Origin: Mobula hypostoma
Lineage: Eukaryota
Reading direction: 5' to 3'
Assembly (NCBI RefSeq): GCF_963921235.1
Contig: NC_086108.1
Coordinates: 83,764,001 to 83,828,000 of the forward strand
Length of the DNA: 64,000 nucleotides
The notes beneath the pieces were generated by a model. That model was not told the origin of the DNA, did not search any database, and saw only the letters and a list, made by a program, of their open reading frames with translations. Below, piece after piece: positions 37,929 through 50,500 of the stretch (position 1 is its first letter; each line of letters opens with the position of its first letter). Made by a program: the position numbers and the translations under genes.

Positions 37929-38055
37929 CTCTGTGTTCCATGTTCTTGTTCTGCCAAGACCAATGCTCTGTGTTCCTGTTCTGCCAAGACCAAGGCTCTG
38001 TGTTCCAGTTCTGCCAAGACCAAGTCCCTGTGTTCCTGTTCTGCCAAGACCAAGT
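37929..38055. repeat. 30-bp tandem repeat, 4 copies
   Basis: CTGCCAAGACCAA recurs at 37951, 37981, 38011 and 38041. Confidence 0.92.
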
Positions 38056-39697
38056 CAAGGTTTCGGCGTCTTGTCCTGTCCTTGTGCCTCGCCCAGCCCA
38101 GGAGTACCATGTCCTGCCCAGGAAAGCCTCGAAGAATCCAAACCTCATCCAGTACTGTAGCCACGTCATGTCCTCACCTAGTTCTGGGGTCCGAGTCCGA
38201 GTCAAGACCCAGGTTCTGGGTCCTTGTCCAGTCTCTGGCTTGGAGTCCAGGCCCAGGCTCCTAGTTCCTGGTCCTGCTTTCTTAGCCAAAGTCCTAGCCC
38301 AAGTTTGTGTTCCTGTCCCAGCTCCTGGTCTGAGTCCTGTCCCATTCCTTGTACCTCAGTGTCTGTGTCTTACATTTGGGTTCGCCTTCACACCCCCTTA
38401 TGACATCCACCTTCCCATCTTCAATTCCCCACTCTGCTCCTCCTCATTCCTCTTCTGCTATGGTCTACTCTCCTCTCCCATCAGATTCCTTCTTATCCAT
38501 CCCTTTGCCTTTTCCATCTATGACCTCTCAGCTTCTTGCTTCATCTCACTCCCCCACCCTCCTGGCTTTACCTATCACCTTCTAGCCTGTCCTCCTTGTT
38601 CTCCCCCCACCTTCTCCCCGCCCCCATTTTCCCCTTTTCTCTTCAGTCCTGATTAGACATTTCGGGCCAAATTGTCGACTACTTATGCCTCTCCATAGAC
38701 GCTGACTGATCTGCTGAGTTCCTCCAGCATTTTGCGTATATTGCTCTGGATTTCCGGCATCTGCAGAATCTCTTGAGTTTATTCTTTATTTTAACTTTGC
38801 TTGTATTCTGTTTCTGTTTAGAGCTCCCAGACTTTGTGAAAACAAGTTATCAGGATAGTCACTGCACTTACAACGTGATTGAAAAGGGTTTCATTACAAG
38901 TATCAGCTCTACAAAATCATCTGGGGAAAAAATAAAGTAAGTCTCACATACTGGAAAATGGGGGAAAAAGAATGATAAGAAACATAGAATTGGTTGTTGA
39001 GGTCCATATTAAATTGAATATTTTATTAGACGGGTTCTGGGGCTGTTAATGTTTCTACTTTTTGATTCAGCAGAACAAAACTAATGGAGACCACTGCAGA
39101 AAAAAAGGAGAAAGCACCAAAAAACATTTAAGGAGCTTTTAGATAAAATCTGGGGAGGAAAAGCAAATGATTGATAATACTTATGTACAGTTTTACATAC
39201 TGACAGATAGGCACTATGCATATTCCATTAGTGACACCACTGTAAGAAAAAGAAATTAAAAAATATTAAGTACGTTAGTAAACACAGCAATTAACATGTT
39301 CAGTTGCAGCAATAACAATCAATAAAGATATTAGGGTCACTCAGCTATGTTTCAAGAAATTCATTGCTAACCAGCTGTGTAAGGCACACTACAGATCTGT
39401 GTCATTCAAATCAATGTGATGAATTTCAGATGCAAAGTATAATGCACTGACGTGACCACAATGTCTGAGTTTCCGAGGAGGTCTGTACACCACGTGTCTG
39501 AGGGTTTCATGTTAGAACAGTACAGTCATCAGGCCTAATACTACATTGACACACATTTGATGAAGAAGGCAGATGAGTGGCATTCAGGCATGGGAAGGAG
39601 TGTACAAAAGGCTCATTTGATTGAAAGAGCCACAAGAACAGACTTTAAGCATCTTCCTAGCAGGATCATTACAAAATGGTTTCATGAGAATGATCAT

Positions 39698-42600
39698 TGT
39701 TATGTTTTGTAACTCCAAAACATAAAACTAATCAAAATAAAATCATGGAGGGTCCAGAATGCAAGTCTTAGTTTCATTTGTACTTTAAGTGAGGCAGGCA
39801 CATATATGACGTGGTGGCATGATGACGTATGCCATTCACATACTTTTATATAAAACCAACAATGCATTACATTAACAACAAAGAATGCTGAACAACAATA
39901 TATTTACAGTATTACTCAAATATTACTGAAATATTAAGTACACAACACTCGTCCCTGTTCAGCTATAAACTTCAATTCAATACAAAATGCAACTCAAATA
40001 TTTTCTGACGGGGGGTGGGGGGGGCAGTCACTTTGTTTGGCAGGTGAAACTTGTGGCTGTGAAACAATCTTGGGTTCTAGAGCCTCCTCCATGATGGTTG
40101 TAGGAGTTGACTATGAGTCTGCAGGAAGTGGTTCTGACAGATTGGATGCATTTCTGCTGGATGTGTTGGCATCCCGAACAGAGTACGGCGAGCTGCTCAA
40201 TCTGCTGGTCTATCCCAGGCCACCAGACAAAGCTTCGAGCCAACACTTTCATTTTGCCCATGCCTAGATAACTGGCATGTTGCTTTTCCAACAACTTAGC
40301 TCTCAGCTTTTAATAGAAACATAGAAAATAGGTGCAGGAGTAGGCCATTCGGCCCTTCGAGCCTGCACTGCCATTCAGTAAGATCACGGCTGATCATCCA
40401 ACTCAGAACCCTGTACCTGCCTTCTCTCCATACCCCCTGATCCCTTTAGCCACAAGGGCCATATCTAACTCCCTCTTAAATATAGCCAATGAACTGGCCT
40501 CAATTGTTTCCTGCGGCAGGGAATTCCACAGTTTCACCACTCTCTGTATGAAGAAGTTTTTCCTCATCTCGGTCCTAAAAGGCTTCCCCTTTATCCTCAA
40601 ACTGTGACCCCTCGTTCTGGACTTCCCCAACATCGGGAACAATCTTCCTACATCTAGCCTGTCCAATCCCTTTAGAATTTTATACGTTTCAATAAGATCC
40701 CCCCTCAATCTTCTAAATTCTAAAGAGGATAAGCCTAGCCAATCCAGTCTTTCATCATTTGAAAGTCCTGCCATCCCAGGAATCAATCTGGAGAACCTTC
40801 TTTGTACTCCCTCTATGGCAAGAATGTCTTTCCTCGGATTAGGGGACCAAGACTGCACACAATACTCCAGGTGTGGTCTCACCAAGGCCTTGTACAACTG
40901 CAGTAGAACCTCCCTGCTCCTGTACTCAAATCCTCTTGCTATGAATGCCAGCATACCATTCGCCTTTTTCACCACCTGCTGTACCTGCATGCCCACTTTC
41001 AATGACTGGTGTATAATGACACCCAGTTCTCGTTGCACCTCCCCTTTTCCTAATTGGCCATCATTCAGATAATAATCTGTTTTCCTGTTCTTGCCACCAA
41101 AGTGGATAACCTCACATTTATCCACATTAAATTGCATCTGCCATGAATTTGCCCACTCACCTAATCTATCCAAGTCACCCTGCATACTCTTAGCATCCTC
41201 CTCACAGCTAACACTGCCGCCCAGCTTCGTGCCATCCGCAAACTTGGAGAAGCTGCATTTAATTCCCTCGTCTAAGTCATTAATATATATTGTAAACAAC
41301 TGGGGTCCCAGCACTGAGCCTTGTGGTACCCCACTCGTCACTGCCTGCCATTCTGAAAAGGTCCCGTTTATTCCCACTCTTTGCTTCCTGTCTGCCAACC
41401 AGTTCTCTATCCACATCAATACCATACCCCCAATACCTTATGCTTTAAGTTTGCACACTAATCTCCTGTTTGGGACCTTGTCAAAAGCCTTTTGAAAATC
41501 CAAATATACCACATCCACTGGTTCTCCCCTATCCACACTACTAATTACATCCTCAAAAAATTCTATGCGATTCGTCAGACATGATTTTCCTTTCACAAAT
41601 CCACGCTGACTTCATCTGATGATTTCACCGCTTTCCAAACGTGCTGTTATCACATCTCTGATAACTGACTCTAGCACTTTCCCCACCACCGATGTCAGGC
41701 TTACCGGTCTATAATTCCCCGGTTTCTCTCTCCCTCCTTTTTTAAAAAGCGGCGTTACATTAGCCACCCTCCAATCCTCAGGAACTAATCCAGAATCTAA
41801 AGAGTTTTGAAGAATTATCACTAATGCATCCATTATTTCTTGGGCTACTTCCTTAAGCACTCTGGGATGCAGACTCTCAATCTCCGCATAAGACAATCCT
41901 TGTCAAGGACAAGTTCATCCCGGTGCTATTAAAAATGGGGGACCTGGAATTTCTGCTGCACATTCCAGCCATTTTGGATGGCCATGTAGATCTGGGACAG
42001 TGGGAGGGTCTTTTCTGGTTTCCCTTTGGATCATCTCAGACATCAGAGGGAGACTTTCAATTTTCATTAGGAAGAATATGTCAAGAGGAGTGTCCTCTTT
42101 TATAAATTTTTCATGTATTTCCTTGTCCAAGGGTAAATGGGACAATTCATCAGCACGTCCATGATTAGCTGTCTTCTAGAATTTGATCTTATAGATGTCT
42201 CCTCCAAGAAACAGACCCTACCTCTGTATTTCTGCTGCTGCTGTCAGTGGAACAGCCTTCTCTGGATTGAAAATAGACACTAGTGGTTGATGATCAGTAA
42301 TGAGGGTAAACTCTCTCCCATACAGGTACTGGTAGAAACCTTTCAAAATCCAAACCAGACTCGAGGCCACTTTGTCAATCTGTGCATAATTTTTCTCTGC
42401 TGCGATAAGGGAATGTGATACAAAGGCTACAGGGTGTTCATTTCCATCAATCATAACATGTGACATGACTGCACCTGTACCATAAGGTGAGGTGTCAGAG
42501 GCAAGCTTCACTGGACCATGTGAGTCAAGGTCTGAAGTCAGCACATTTCCTTTACATTTTTGAAAGCCACCTCACACTGCTTTGTCCATTGTCCTTTCTT

Positions 42601-45600
42601 CCTAATCTGTAGTAATGAATTCAAGAGGTGGAGCACAGTAGCCAGGTTTGGTACGAACCTGTTACAATAATTGACAAATCCTAAAAAGGACCACAACTGT
42701 GACATGCCTTTTGGCCTTGGGGCACCTACCGCTGCTTGAATTTTCTCAGCATACCTTACTAATTCTTGTGCATCAATGGTGTGAACGCAATGAGTGATGC
42801 TTACTTTAAAGAATTCAAACATGTGTTGTGCTCTGAGCCCATAATCTTCTGATCTTTTTAACAATGACGTGAGATTTTGGAGATGTTCCTTGTCATCCTT
42901 ACTGGTAACATCCTTACTGGTACATCCAGGTAACACAGTTCCTGGGCAGCCTTGCAGCACCTAGTTCATAGCTTTCTGCCAGAATACAGGTGGAGATGCT
43001 ACCCCAAAAATAAGTCTATCATCGCCATAAAGCTCTTAATTAGTGGTAATAGTGAGAAATATTTTAGATTCTTCTTCCATCTCTAACTGTAAGTCCACTT
43101 TGCTGAAGTGGTTTCTTTCAGAAAGGTTTCCAAAGATATCCACTATCCTGGATAGGGGGTATTGATCTACTTTCAGTACAGGATTGATGATGACCTTAAA
43201 ATCACCGCAGGTCCTGATAGACCCATTCTTCTTAGCTACTGAGACCACTGGTGTTGCCCATGGGCTCCACTCAGACCTGGAAAGAAGTTCTCCAGCCTGT
43301 CTTAATTTCTTTTTTAAAATTGATTTTGCCTGCTTTCCATTTTGAATCTAGTTCACTGGCTACTTTATCATGGATGGTGTAAGGAACTGGACAGACTTTG
43401 TAAAATTTGGGTGTGGCAATTTCATTTAACAGAATTTTACCCTTGATATGTTGGAGTTTTCCAATGTCATCCATGAACACCGCATTGGCTTCCTCCAGTA
43501 CCTTTCTTAACTTTCTTTCAGTTGACTGTTTTGCAGGGATTCTGACAAGCAAATGGTGGATCAATCTCCAGTCAGGTTGTAGTTATCTCAGCCAATTACA
43601 CTCCCATAATCCCGGCCCTCCTGTTTTTACCACGTAGAAGCCCAATGTGGCTGGTTGGTTGTTGTATTTCACTGTTATGGATGTCATTCCTACAGGAGTT
43701 ATTTTTCTCCAGTATAGGTTCTTAGTTGGATATCTGCAGGCTTCAGTTCAGTATCTTTGAAATGCCATTCAAAGTCATTTTGTGGAATGACTGCAACAGC
43801 TGAGCCAATGTTATTTTAATTAATTTGCTGTTCACTTCTCTTGTAAGCCATGTTGCTTGTCTATTGTTAGTGTTCACACATAAAACTCAAGAGTACTCAG
43901 TCCTGCATCACTTTCATCATTACCAGATTTTTCATCAACAGCACACAGAGTAGTGCTCTTTTTGAAACTGCAACTTGACTTTTTATCTTTATCTCCTCTC
44001 GGAGTATCTATTTACAGTATTTATGTCTGCCTGACATGCTTTTTGTATGTGTGCTATTTTGTTGTATTTTCTGTGAGTTTCACCTTTAAACCTGCATTGG
44101 TCTGGTGTATGTGAGCCACTGCCACAACGATAACACTATTTGTTTGCCCAGGCCAGTTTCTGCTTAGATTTGCAATTCTGTGCATGATCATTCATTCCGG
44201 ACCTCAACCTAATTGCATCTGTCTGCTTTTTCCATTGATATAACTACTTCAACTGCTCTTTAAAATTTATGTTGTGCTTCAGTTAGGAGACATTTTTGAA
44301 TGCTTTCTTGTAAGATTCCGCAAGGAAAATAATTTCTCAGTGCATTACTAAGCCCAGCAATGAGTGATAAACTGACAATGCTTAGACAATCTCTTAAATT
44401 CAGCAATGTACACAGTCAACAATGATTTTGGTTCTAAATGTCCCTGTATTACTTTCATGCTATCAGCAAAGCTCGGTTTGGCTGGTTTGCTTGGAGCAAT
44501 TATAGTTCTAAGCAAGCTGTATACTTTAAATCTAATGCACTCAGCAAAATTGCCACTTGCTTTTCATTGGTTATTTCATTTGCTTCAAAGTACTGCTCAA
44601 TTCACTCACTATACAATGTCCAGTTATCTCTTGTGCAATCAAGTGTGTCCATGTTCCGATGTAGACAGCCATTTCTGTTTTTTTTAATTTATGATTATTA
44701 TCATCTAGTATTCACTAGTTATGAACCTGTGAATTTGTTCATTTTCTGCCTTTTTTTGTAACTCAATCACCTTTCCTCTTGTGAAGAAAATATACTGCTC
44801 CGAAGAAAAAAAAAACATGCTGCACTTTTTTTAACACAATTGTCTCACTGCACTTCAACAAGTAGGTAGTCATCTCAGGTTCATTTAAAACTTCCTCATC
44901 GCCACTGTTATGTTTTGTAACTCCAAAGCATAAAACTAATCAAGGTAAAAGCACGGAGCCAAGAGATAACTCATTTTTGTTTGTTTTACTTTATGTGAGG
45001 TGCCCACTCATCACATGGTGAATTGATGACTTATGCCATTCACATACTTTTACATATCACCTGTAAAGAATTCTTTCAAAACTTCAAAGATTCAAAGCAC
45101 ATTTATTACCAAAGAATATATCTATTATACAGCTTGAGATTTGTCTGCTGACAGGCAGCCACAAAGCAAGAAAGCCAAATAACCCGACTTTTTAAGAAAA
45201 GAAAGAACAGAAGCCGCTGCACAGAGAAAGAGAGAGAGAAGCACATATAAATCATGCAAGTAATAGAAGCAAGCTAACGGTATTCTGAACCAGCCTAAGT
45301 CCCAGATACGCTCCTGGAGCAGCCGGAGTGGGCCGGAGCAGAACAGCTGGATCAGTTCACAGCCTCGGTGCCACGGAAAAAGGAATGAACATTTGCGGCA
45401 GAGCATGCAAAATTAGCCCAATCCTTGCCTCCATTCCAGACTACCTGTGCCAGCATTTAAAGTGCCCAAGCACCAGGTAGTGCCTCGTTCTAGGTCCCGG
45501 ACCCCCCAGCACCACAATGCGCATGGGCCACCAAACCCAAGGCTATTGTTGATCTCATCAAATCGGCTCAGTGCTTGGAGTAACCAAACCTCACACCTAG

Positions 45601-45962
45601 GTTGGGTGGACAGTCATTGAAACTCTTCTGCATCAGCTCCTCTCCAAATTGCTCACTCCCTCTCCTACGTGGATACAAACCCCAACTGCAACCCCAGGCC
45701 AAACGCATTGGGCCATGCAATGCCCCAGTACGGCTCTTCCCCCGGACCACCTGTCTTCTCCCAGTCTGCAGCAATATTTCACCACAATTTGCTTCTGAAA
45801 AAATGTCACAGTATAAGTGATGTTTTTAGTCGATTCCCTTGCCTTTTGATCTACCAGTAAGCTGTCACATGCCTTCAGTACTGCCATCTTAAGCAACAAA
45901 GAATGCTTAATCAAACAACATATTTACAACATTAATTTTGCTGAAACATGAAATATACAACA
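39698..45962 (-). mobile_element. Gypsy/Ty3 LTR retrotransposon with both LTRs, decayed gag-pol and two nested insertions
   Basis: LTRs about 39698-39946 and 44906-45962 (the latter split at about 45076-45892); PBS-like TGGCGATGAGG; exact TSD ATCAT at 39693-39697 and 45963-45967; RT (RTCGDFK, FLGFVNY), RNase H (SDTSPYG, EKNYAQID, TDHQPL) and integrase zinc-finger (RSFVWWPGID) remnants. Confidence 0.93.
40313..41874 (-). mobile_element. CR1 LINE family A, 5'-truncated, nested in Gypsy pol
   Basis: 340-aa ORF 40403-41425 and ORF 41612-41896 are CR1 RT; near-identical to 861-2316; (TTTCTATG) tail. Confidence 0.95.
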
Positions 45963-46202
45963 ATCATGGTTTGCAAGAATGAGCCAAGGAATAAAAAGGG
46001 TTAATGTGTGAGGAGCTCTTGCCCTATACTCGTTAGAGTTCAGAAGAATGATGGGGTCTCATTGAAATCTATCAAATCCGGAAAGGCCTTGATAGAGTGG
46101 ACAGGGAGAGGATGTTTCCAATAGTGGAGAAGTCTAGGACTGGAGCATACAGCCTCAGAATACAAGGACATCCCTTTAGGAGAGAGATGAGGAGGAGTTT
46201 AA

Positions 46203-46775
46203 AGCAATACATACAAAATGCTGGAGGAACTCAGCAGACCAAACAGTTGCTATGGAAAAGAGTAATCAATCAACATTTCAAGCTGAGACTCTTCATCAGG
46301 ACTGGGAAAAAGAGGTTAGAAGTCAGAGTAAGAAAGTGAGGGGAGGAGAGGAAGAAGTACAAGGTAGTAGGTGATAGGTAAAACTGGGAGAGAGGGAGGG
46401 ATGAAGTAAAGAGCTGGGAAGTCAACTGATGAAAGAGCTGAAGAATGGGGAATCTGATAGGGGAGGATAGAAGGTCATGGAAGAAAGGGGAAGGCCAGCG
46501 CACCAGAGGAAGGTGATGGGCAGGTAAGAAGATAAGGCAAAAGAGGGAAAAGGGGATGGGGAATGGTGAAGGGAGGGCACTATCAGAAGTTTGAGAAATC
46601 GATGTTCATACCATCAGGTTGAAGGCTACCCAGAAAGAATACAAGGTGTTGCTCCTCCAACATGAATGTGGCCTCATCGCAGCAGTAGCGGAGGCCTTGG
46701 ACTGACATGTCAGAATGGGAATGGGAAGTAAGAATTAAAGTAGGTAGCTACCAAAAGATCCTGCTTTTTCTGGCA
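46203..46775 (-). mobile_element. Penelope-like 3' fragment nested in a CR1 3' fragment (about 45970-46895, +)
   Basis: Terminal repeat with a CUGAUGA...GAAAU core and GIY-YIG C-terminal sequence; CR1 sequence on both sides. Confidence 0.8.
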
Positions 46776-47166
46776 GTGTTAGGGGGAGAAGGCAGGAAAA
46801 TATGGGTTGAGAGAGAAAATAAATCAGCCATGTTGGAATTGCAGAGCAGACTCTATGGCCTAATTCTGCTCCTATATCTTATAGTGTTATAGTCTTCATG
46901 TTTGGTAAATACAATTTATTTTTTCAGATCTCAGCATTCCTAGGTGGCTAGCTATATTGCCCATCCCTTATTGTCAAGTAAGTGTAAGTGAGTCAACTCC
47001 TTGAACAGTTTCAGTCCTTCTGGTAAAGGTACTCCTATAAGGTTATTGGAAAGGGAATTCCATCCTTTAAAAACAGAAACCATAAAGTACTGAGGATGTA
47101 TTTCCAAGTCAGGATAGTGTGTGCATTTTTAAAGTTCAATGTAAATTTATTATCAAAGTACATATG

Positions 47167-48803
47167 CAGTTGAATTCAGAAGTTTACATACACCTTAACC
47201 AAATACATTTAAACTCAGTTTTTCACAATTCCTGACATTTAATCCTAGAAAACATTCCCTGTCTTAGGTCAGTTACGATCACTACTTTATTTTAAGAATG
47301 TGAAATGTCAGAATAATAGTAGAGGGAATGATTTATTTTAGTTTTTATTTCTTTCATCACTTTCCCAGTGGGTCAGAAGTTTACATACACTTTGTTAGTA
47401 TTTGGTAGTATTGCCTTTAAATTGTTTAATTTGGGTCAAACATTTTTGGTAGCCTTCCACAGTAAGTTGCTGGAATTTTGTTCCATTCCTCCAGACAGAA
47501 CTGGTGTAATTGAGTCAGGTTTGTAGGCCTCCTTGCTCGCACACGCTTCTTCAGTTCTGCCCACAAATTTTCTATCGGATTGAGGTCAGAAAATGATGTC
47601 ATGTCTGGTTCATCCTTGGGAGCAATTTCCAAATGCCTGAAGGTACCACGTTCATCCGTGCAAACAACAGTACGCAAGTATAAACACCATGGGACCACGC
47701 AACCATCATACCGCTCAGGAAGGAGACGTATTCTGTCTCCTAGAGATGAACATACTTTGGCGCGAAAAGTGCAAATCAATCCCAGAACAACAGCAAAGGA
47801 CCTTGTGGAGATGCTAGAGGAAACAGGTAGAAAAGTATCTATAACCACAGCAAAATGAGTCCTATACCAACATAACCTGAAAGGCTGCTCAACAAGGAAG
47901 AAGCCACTGCTCCAAAACCACCATAAAAAAGCCAGACTACAGTTTGCAAGTGCACGCGGGGACAAAGATGTTACTTTTTGGAGAAACGTCCTCTGGTCTG
48001 ATGAAACAAAAATTGAACTGTTTGGCCATAATGACCATCGTTATGTTTGGATGAAAAAGGGTGAGGCTTGCAAGCTGAAGAGCACCATCCCAACCGTGAA
48101 GCATGGGGGTGGCAGCATCATGTTGTGGGGGCTTTGCTGCGGGAGGGACTGGTACACTTCACAAAATAGATGGCATGATGAGGAAGGAAAATTATGTGAG
48201 ATATATTGAAGCAACATTTCAAGACGTCAGCCAGGAAGTTAAAGCTCGGTCGCAAATGGTTCTTCCAAATGGACAATGACCCCAAGCATACCTCCAAAGT
48301 TGTGGCAAAATTGCTTAAGGACAACAAAGTCAAGGTATTGGAGTGGCCATCACAAAGCCCTGACCTCAATCCAATAGAAAACTTGTGGGCAGAACTGAAA
48401 AAATGTGTGCGAGCAAGGAGGCCTACAAACCTGACTCAGTTACACCAGTTCTGTCTGGAGGAATGGAACAAAAGTCCAGCAACTTACTGTGAGAAGCTTG
48501 TGGAAGGCCATCCAAAACTTTTGACCCAAGATAAACAATTTAAAGGCAATGCTACCAAATACTGACAAAGTGTATGTAAACTTCTGATCCACTGGGAAAG
48601 TGATGAAAGGGACAAAAGCTGAAATAAATCATTCTCTTCACTATTATTCTGACATTTCACATTCTTAAAATTAAGTAGTGATCCTAACTGACCTAAGACA
48701 GGGAGTGTTTTCTAGGATTAAATTTCTAGGATTTCTAGGAATTGTGAAAAACTGAGTTTAAATGTATTTGGCGAAAGTGTATGTAAACTTCTGACTTCAA
48801 CTG
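47167..48803 (+). mobile_element. Tc1 transposon of the Sleeping Beauty (IR/DR) subfamily, defective, with an inverted duplication of its right end
   Basis: Termini CAGTTGAATTCAGAAGTTTACATACAC / GTGTATGTAAACTTCTGACTTCAACTG with inner direct repeats; TA on the right and TG on the left; transposase remnants. Confidence 0.95.
47598..48565 (+). pseudogene. Tc1 DD34E transposase pseudogene (N-terminus missing, stop and frameshifts)
   Basis: SGSSLGAISK...RSGRRR, WSDETKIELFG, QMDNDPKH and SPDLNPIENLW...FKGNATKY motifs. Confidence 0.93.
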
Positions 48804-50094
48804 TATCTCACCATATACAACCCTGCGAATACATGTGACAACTCTGGTAGTTAAAAATCTAAGAAATCTGACTTAAAACATCACGAAAAATATCTTTTCT
48901 GAGCTAATTTGTGTTCATTTATCACCACAAGCGGTGATGGGGCAAGCGATGGCGAGGCAGGTTTTGGGGATGAGCTGCAAAATCATTGCAGATGGATTTC
49001 TGATGCCCATGCAACTGGCCTGGGTATGAGGTTGAATCACTCTGGATGCCAAGCTGATTTGAAGGGCTTGAGGGTGGCTTAGGCCTAGACGGTGAAACCT
49101 GGGCCTGGAGCAAGTTGTTGGGTGACATGGTCTCAGCCCGGAACCTTCTGCTGCCGCTAGGTCCTAGTGCGAGGTACAATTCGTTGTTTCGACAATTTAA
49201 CCACCAGCCTAGATCGAAGGGGTTTTGGGATCCGGAGCGAGAGCCAAATTTGCTTGTTCTCCGTGATGGTCACTCCTCACGCCATGGTGCTCTGGCTATG
49301 AGGATTGCCCCAGCTGTTGTGCTCCATGCCCACTAATACGATGAAATTAGAGATGAGGCTTTGGGCCTACTCCTGGATGCTTCGTGGTTCCGATCTGAGG
49401 ACTCAACTTTGGTTCTGAATGTTGTTTGCTTCAATTGTTTGCATGATCTGTGTTTTTGTTTTCTTTCACTTGCACATCAGGTGTTGGTCTTTTATTTCTT
49501 TAACTGGATACCTTTGGGTTTCTTGCTTTGTGGCTACCTGTGAGCAAGCAAATTTCAAGATTGCATAACTTATACATTCTTTGATAATAAATGCACTTGA
49601 ATCTTGAAATACCAAAAAACAACCAGCATCTACGTGGGGTGCTCAGTGTTGGGGTGAGTTTATCCGTGACGGATTGGGCTACATCCATTGTTTTTTTGTA
49701 GGCTTTTCCGTTCAAGGGCATTGGTGTTTCCATACCAGGATGCAATATACTCTCCACCATATTGTCAAAGTTTTAGATGACATGCCAAATCTTTGCTAAC
49801 TTCTAAGAAAGCATGGGCCAAGTGGCCTAATTCTACTCCTATGTCTTATGGTCTTAAGGGATGGAATTTTGGATTCAGACTGCAATGTACTGCCTTAATT
49901 ATAACATGTATTTTCTATTACCAGTCAGGGATGAACCTCTTATAGGTGATCCCTTCAACATGAAAACAGACAAAGCGTAAAAGAGAGGTATACTTGGCAA
50001 TAAACCACACTGCAAAGGTAACCTACAGATATTTCTTCCCCTTTGGCGAGAGGAATGAGAGCTCAGCTTCAGTTGAGCGGAAGGTAAATTTAAG

Positions 50095-50230
50095 CAACAC
50101 ACACAAAATGCTGGAGGAACTCAGCAGGCCAGGCAGCATCTATGGAAAAGATTAAACAGTCAACGTTTCAGGCCGAGACCTTTCATCAGAACCCAGAATT
50201 TCCAACATCTGCAGATTTCCTCTTGTTTGT
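50095..50230 (-). mobile_element. Minimal Penelope insertion: hammerhead-bearing 3' end plus inverted tail
   Basis: Exact 16-bp TSD GGAAGGTAAATTTAAG at 50079-50094 and 50231-50246; minus-strand core CUGAUGA-AAGGUCUCGGCCU-GAAACGUU^GACU. Confidence 0.88.
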
Positions 50231-50362
50231 GGAAGGTAAATTTAAGATTGATAATAGGAAGCTCTTCACACAAGGCATTAATAACAAGTAAAATAAAATA
50301 CTGCATGAAGAAGCTTATTGGTTTAATCTAGAAAGTAGGCGAAATTACCTTTGTCAGGGCTA

Positions 50363-50500
50363 TAAACATGAGAAAATCTGCAGATGCTGAAAATCCAAAG
50401 CAAGACACACAAAATGCTGGAGGAACTCAGCAGGTCAGGCAGCATCTATGGAAAACAGTAAACAGTCAACATTTCGGGCTGAGACCCTTCATCAGGACTG
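50363..50500 (-). mobile_element. Short Penelope terminal fragment with tail and hammerhead-like core
   Basis: AAACATGAGAAAATCTGCAGATGCTG...CCCTTCATCAGGACTG. Confidence 0.82.

Larger units (their letters stand above)
37256..38405. mobile_element. Solo LTR (1150 bp) with internal minisatellites
   Basis: TGTCAT...ATGACA termini; flanks TCCAT and TCCAC (5-bp TSD, one mismatch). Confidence 0.78.
36918..38780 (+). mobile_element. Decayed Penelope-like element split by a solo LTR
   Basis: GIY-YIG remnant (VIYCIWCSHCSFLYISET) from about 36955; terminal repeat about 38410-38780 ending in the tail GCATCTGCAGAATCTCTTG. Confidence 0.8.

Noticed and set aside
37551..38055. CRISPR-like regular repeats
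   Set aside because: The units are head-to-tail with no unique spacers, there are no cas genes and the context is eukaryotic.
37670..38656. Long ORFs (274, 164, 153 and 137 aa) with repeated peptides such as LVLAEQEHR
   Set aside because: They arise from a 30-bp tandem repeat within a solo LTR, are open on both strands and run into Penelope sequence.
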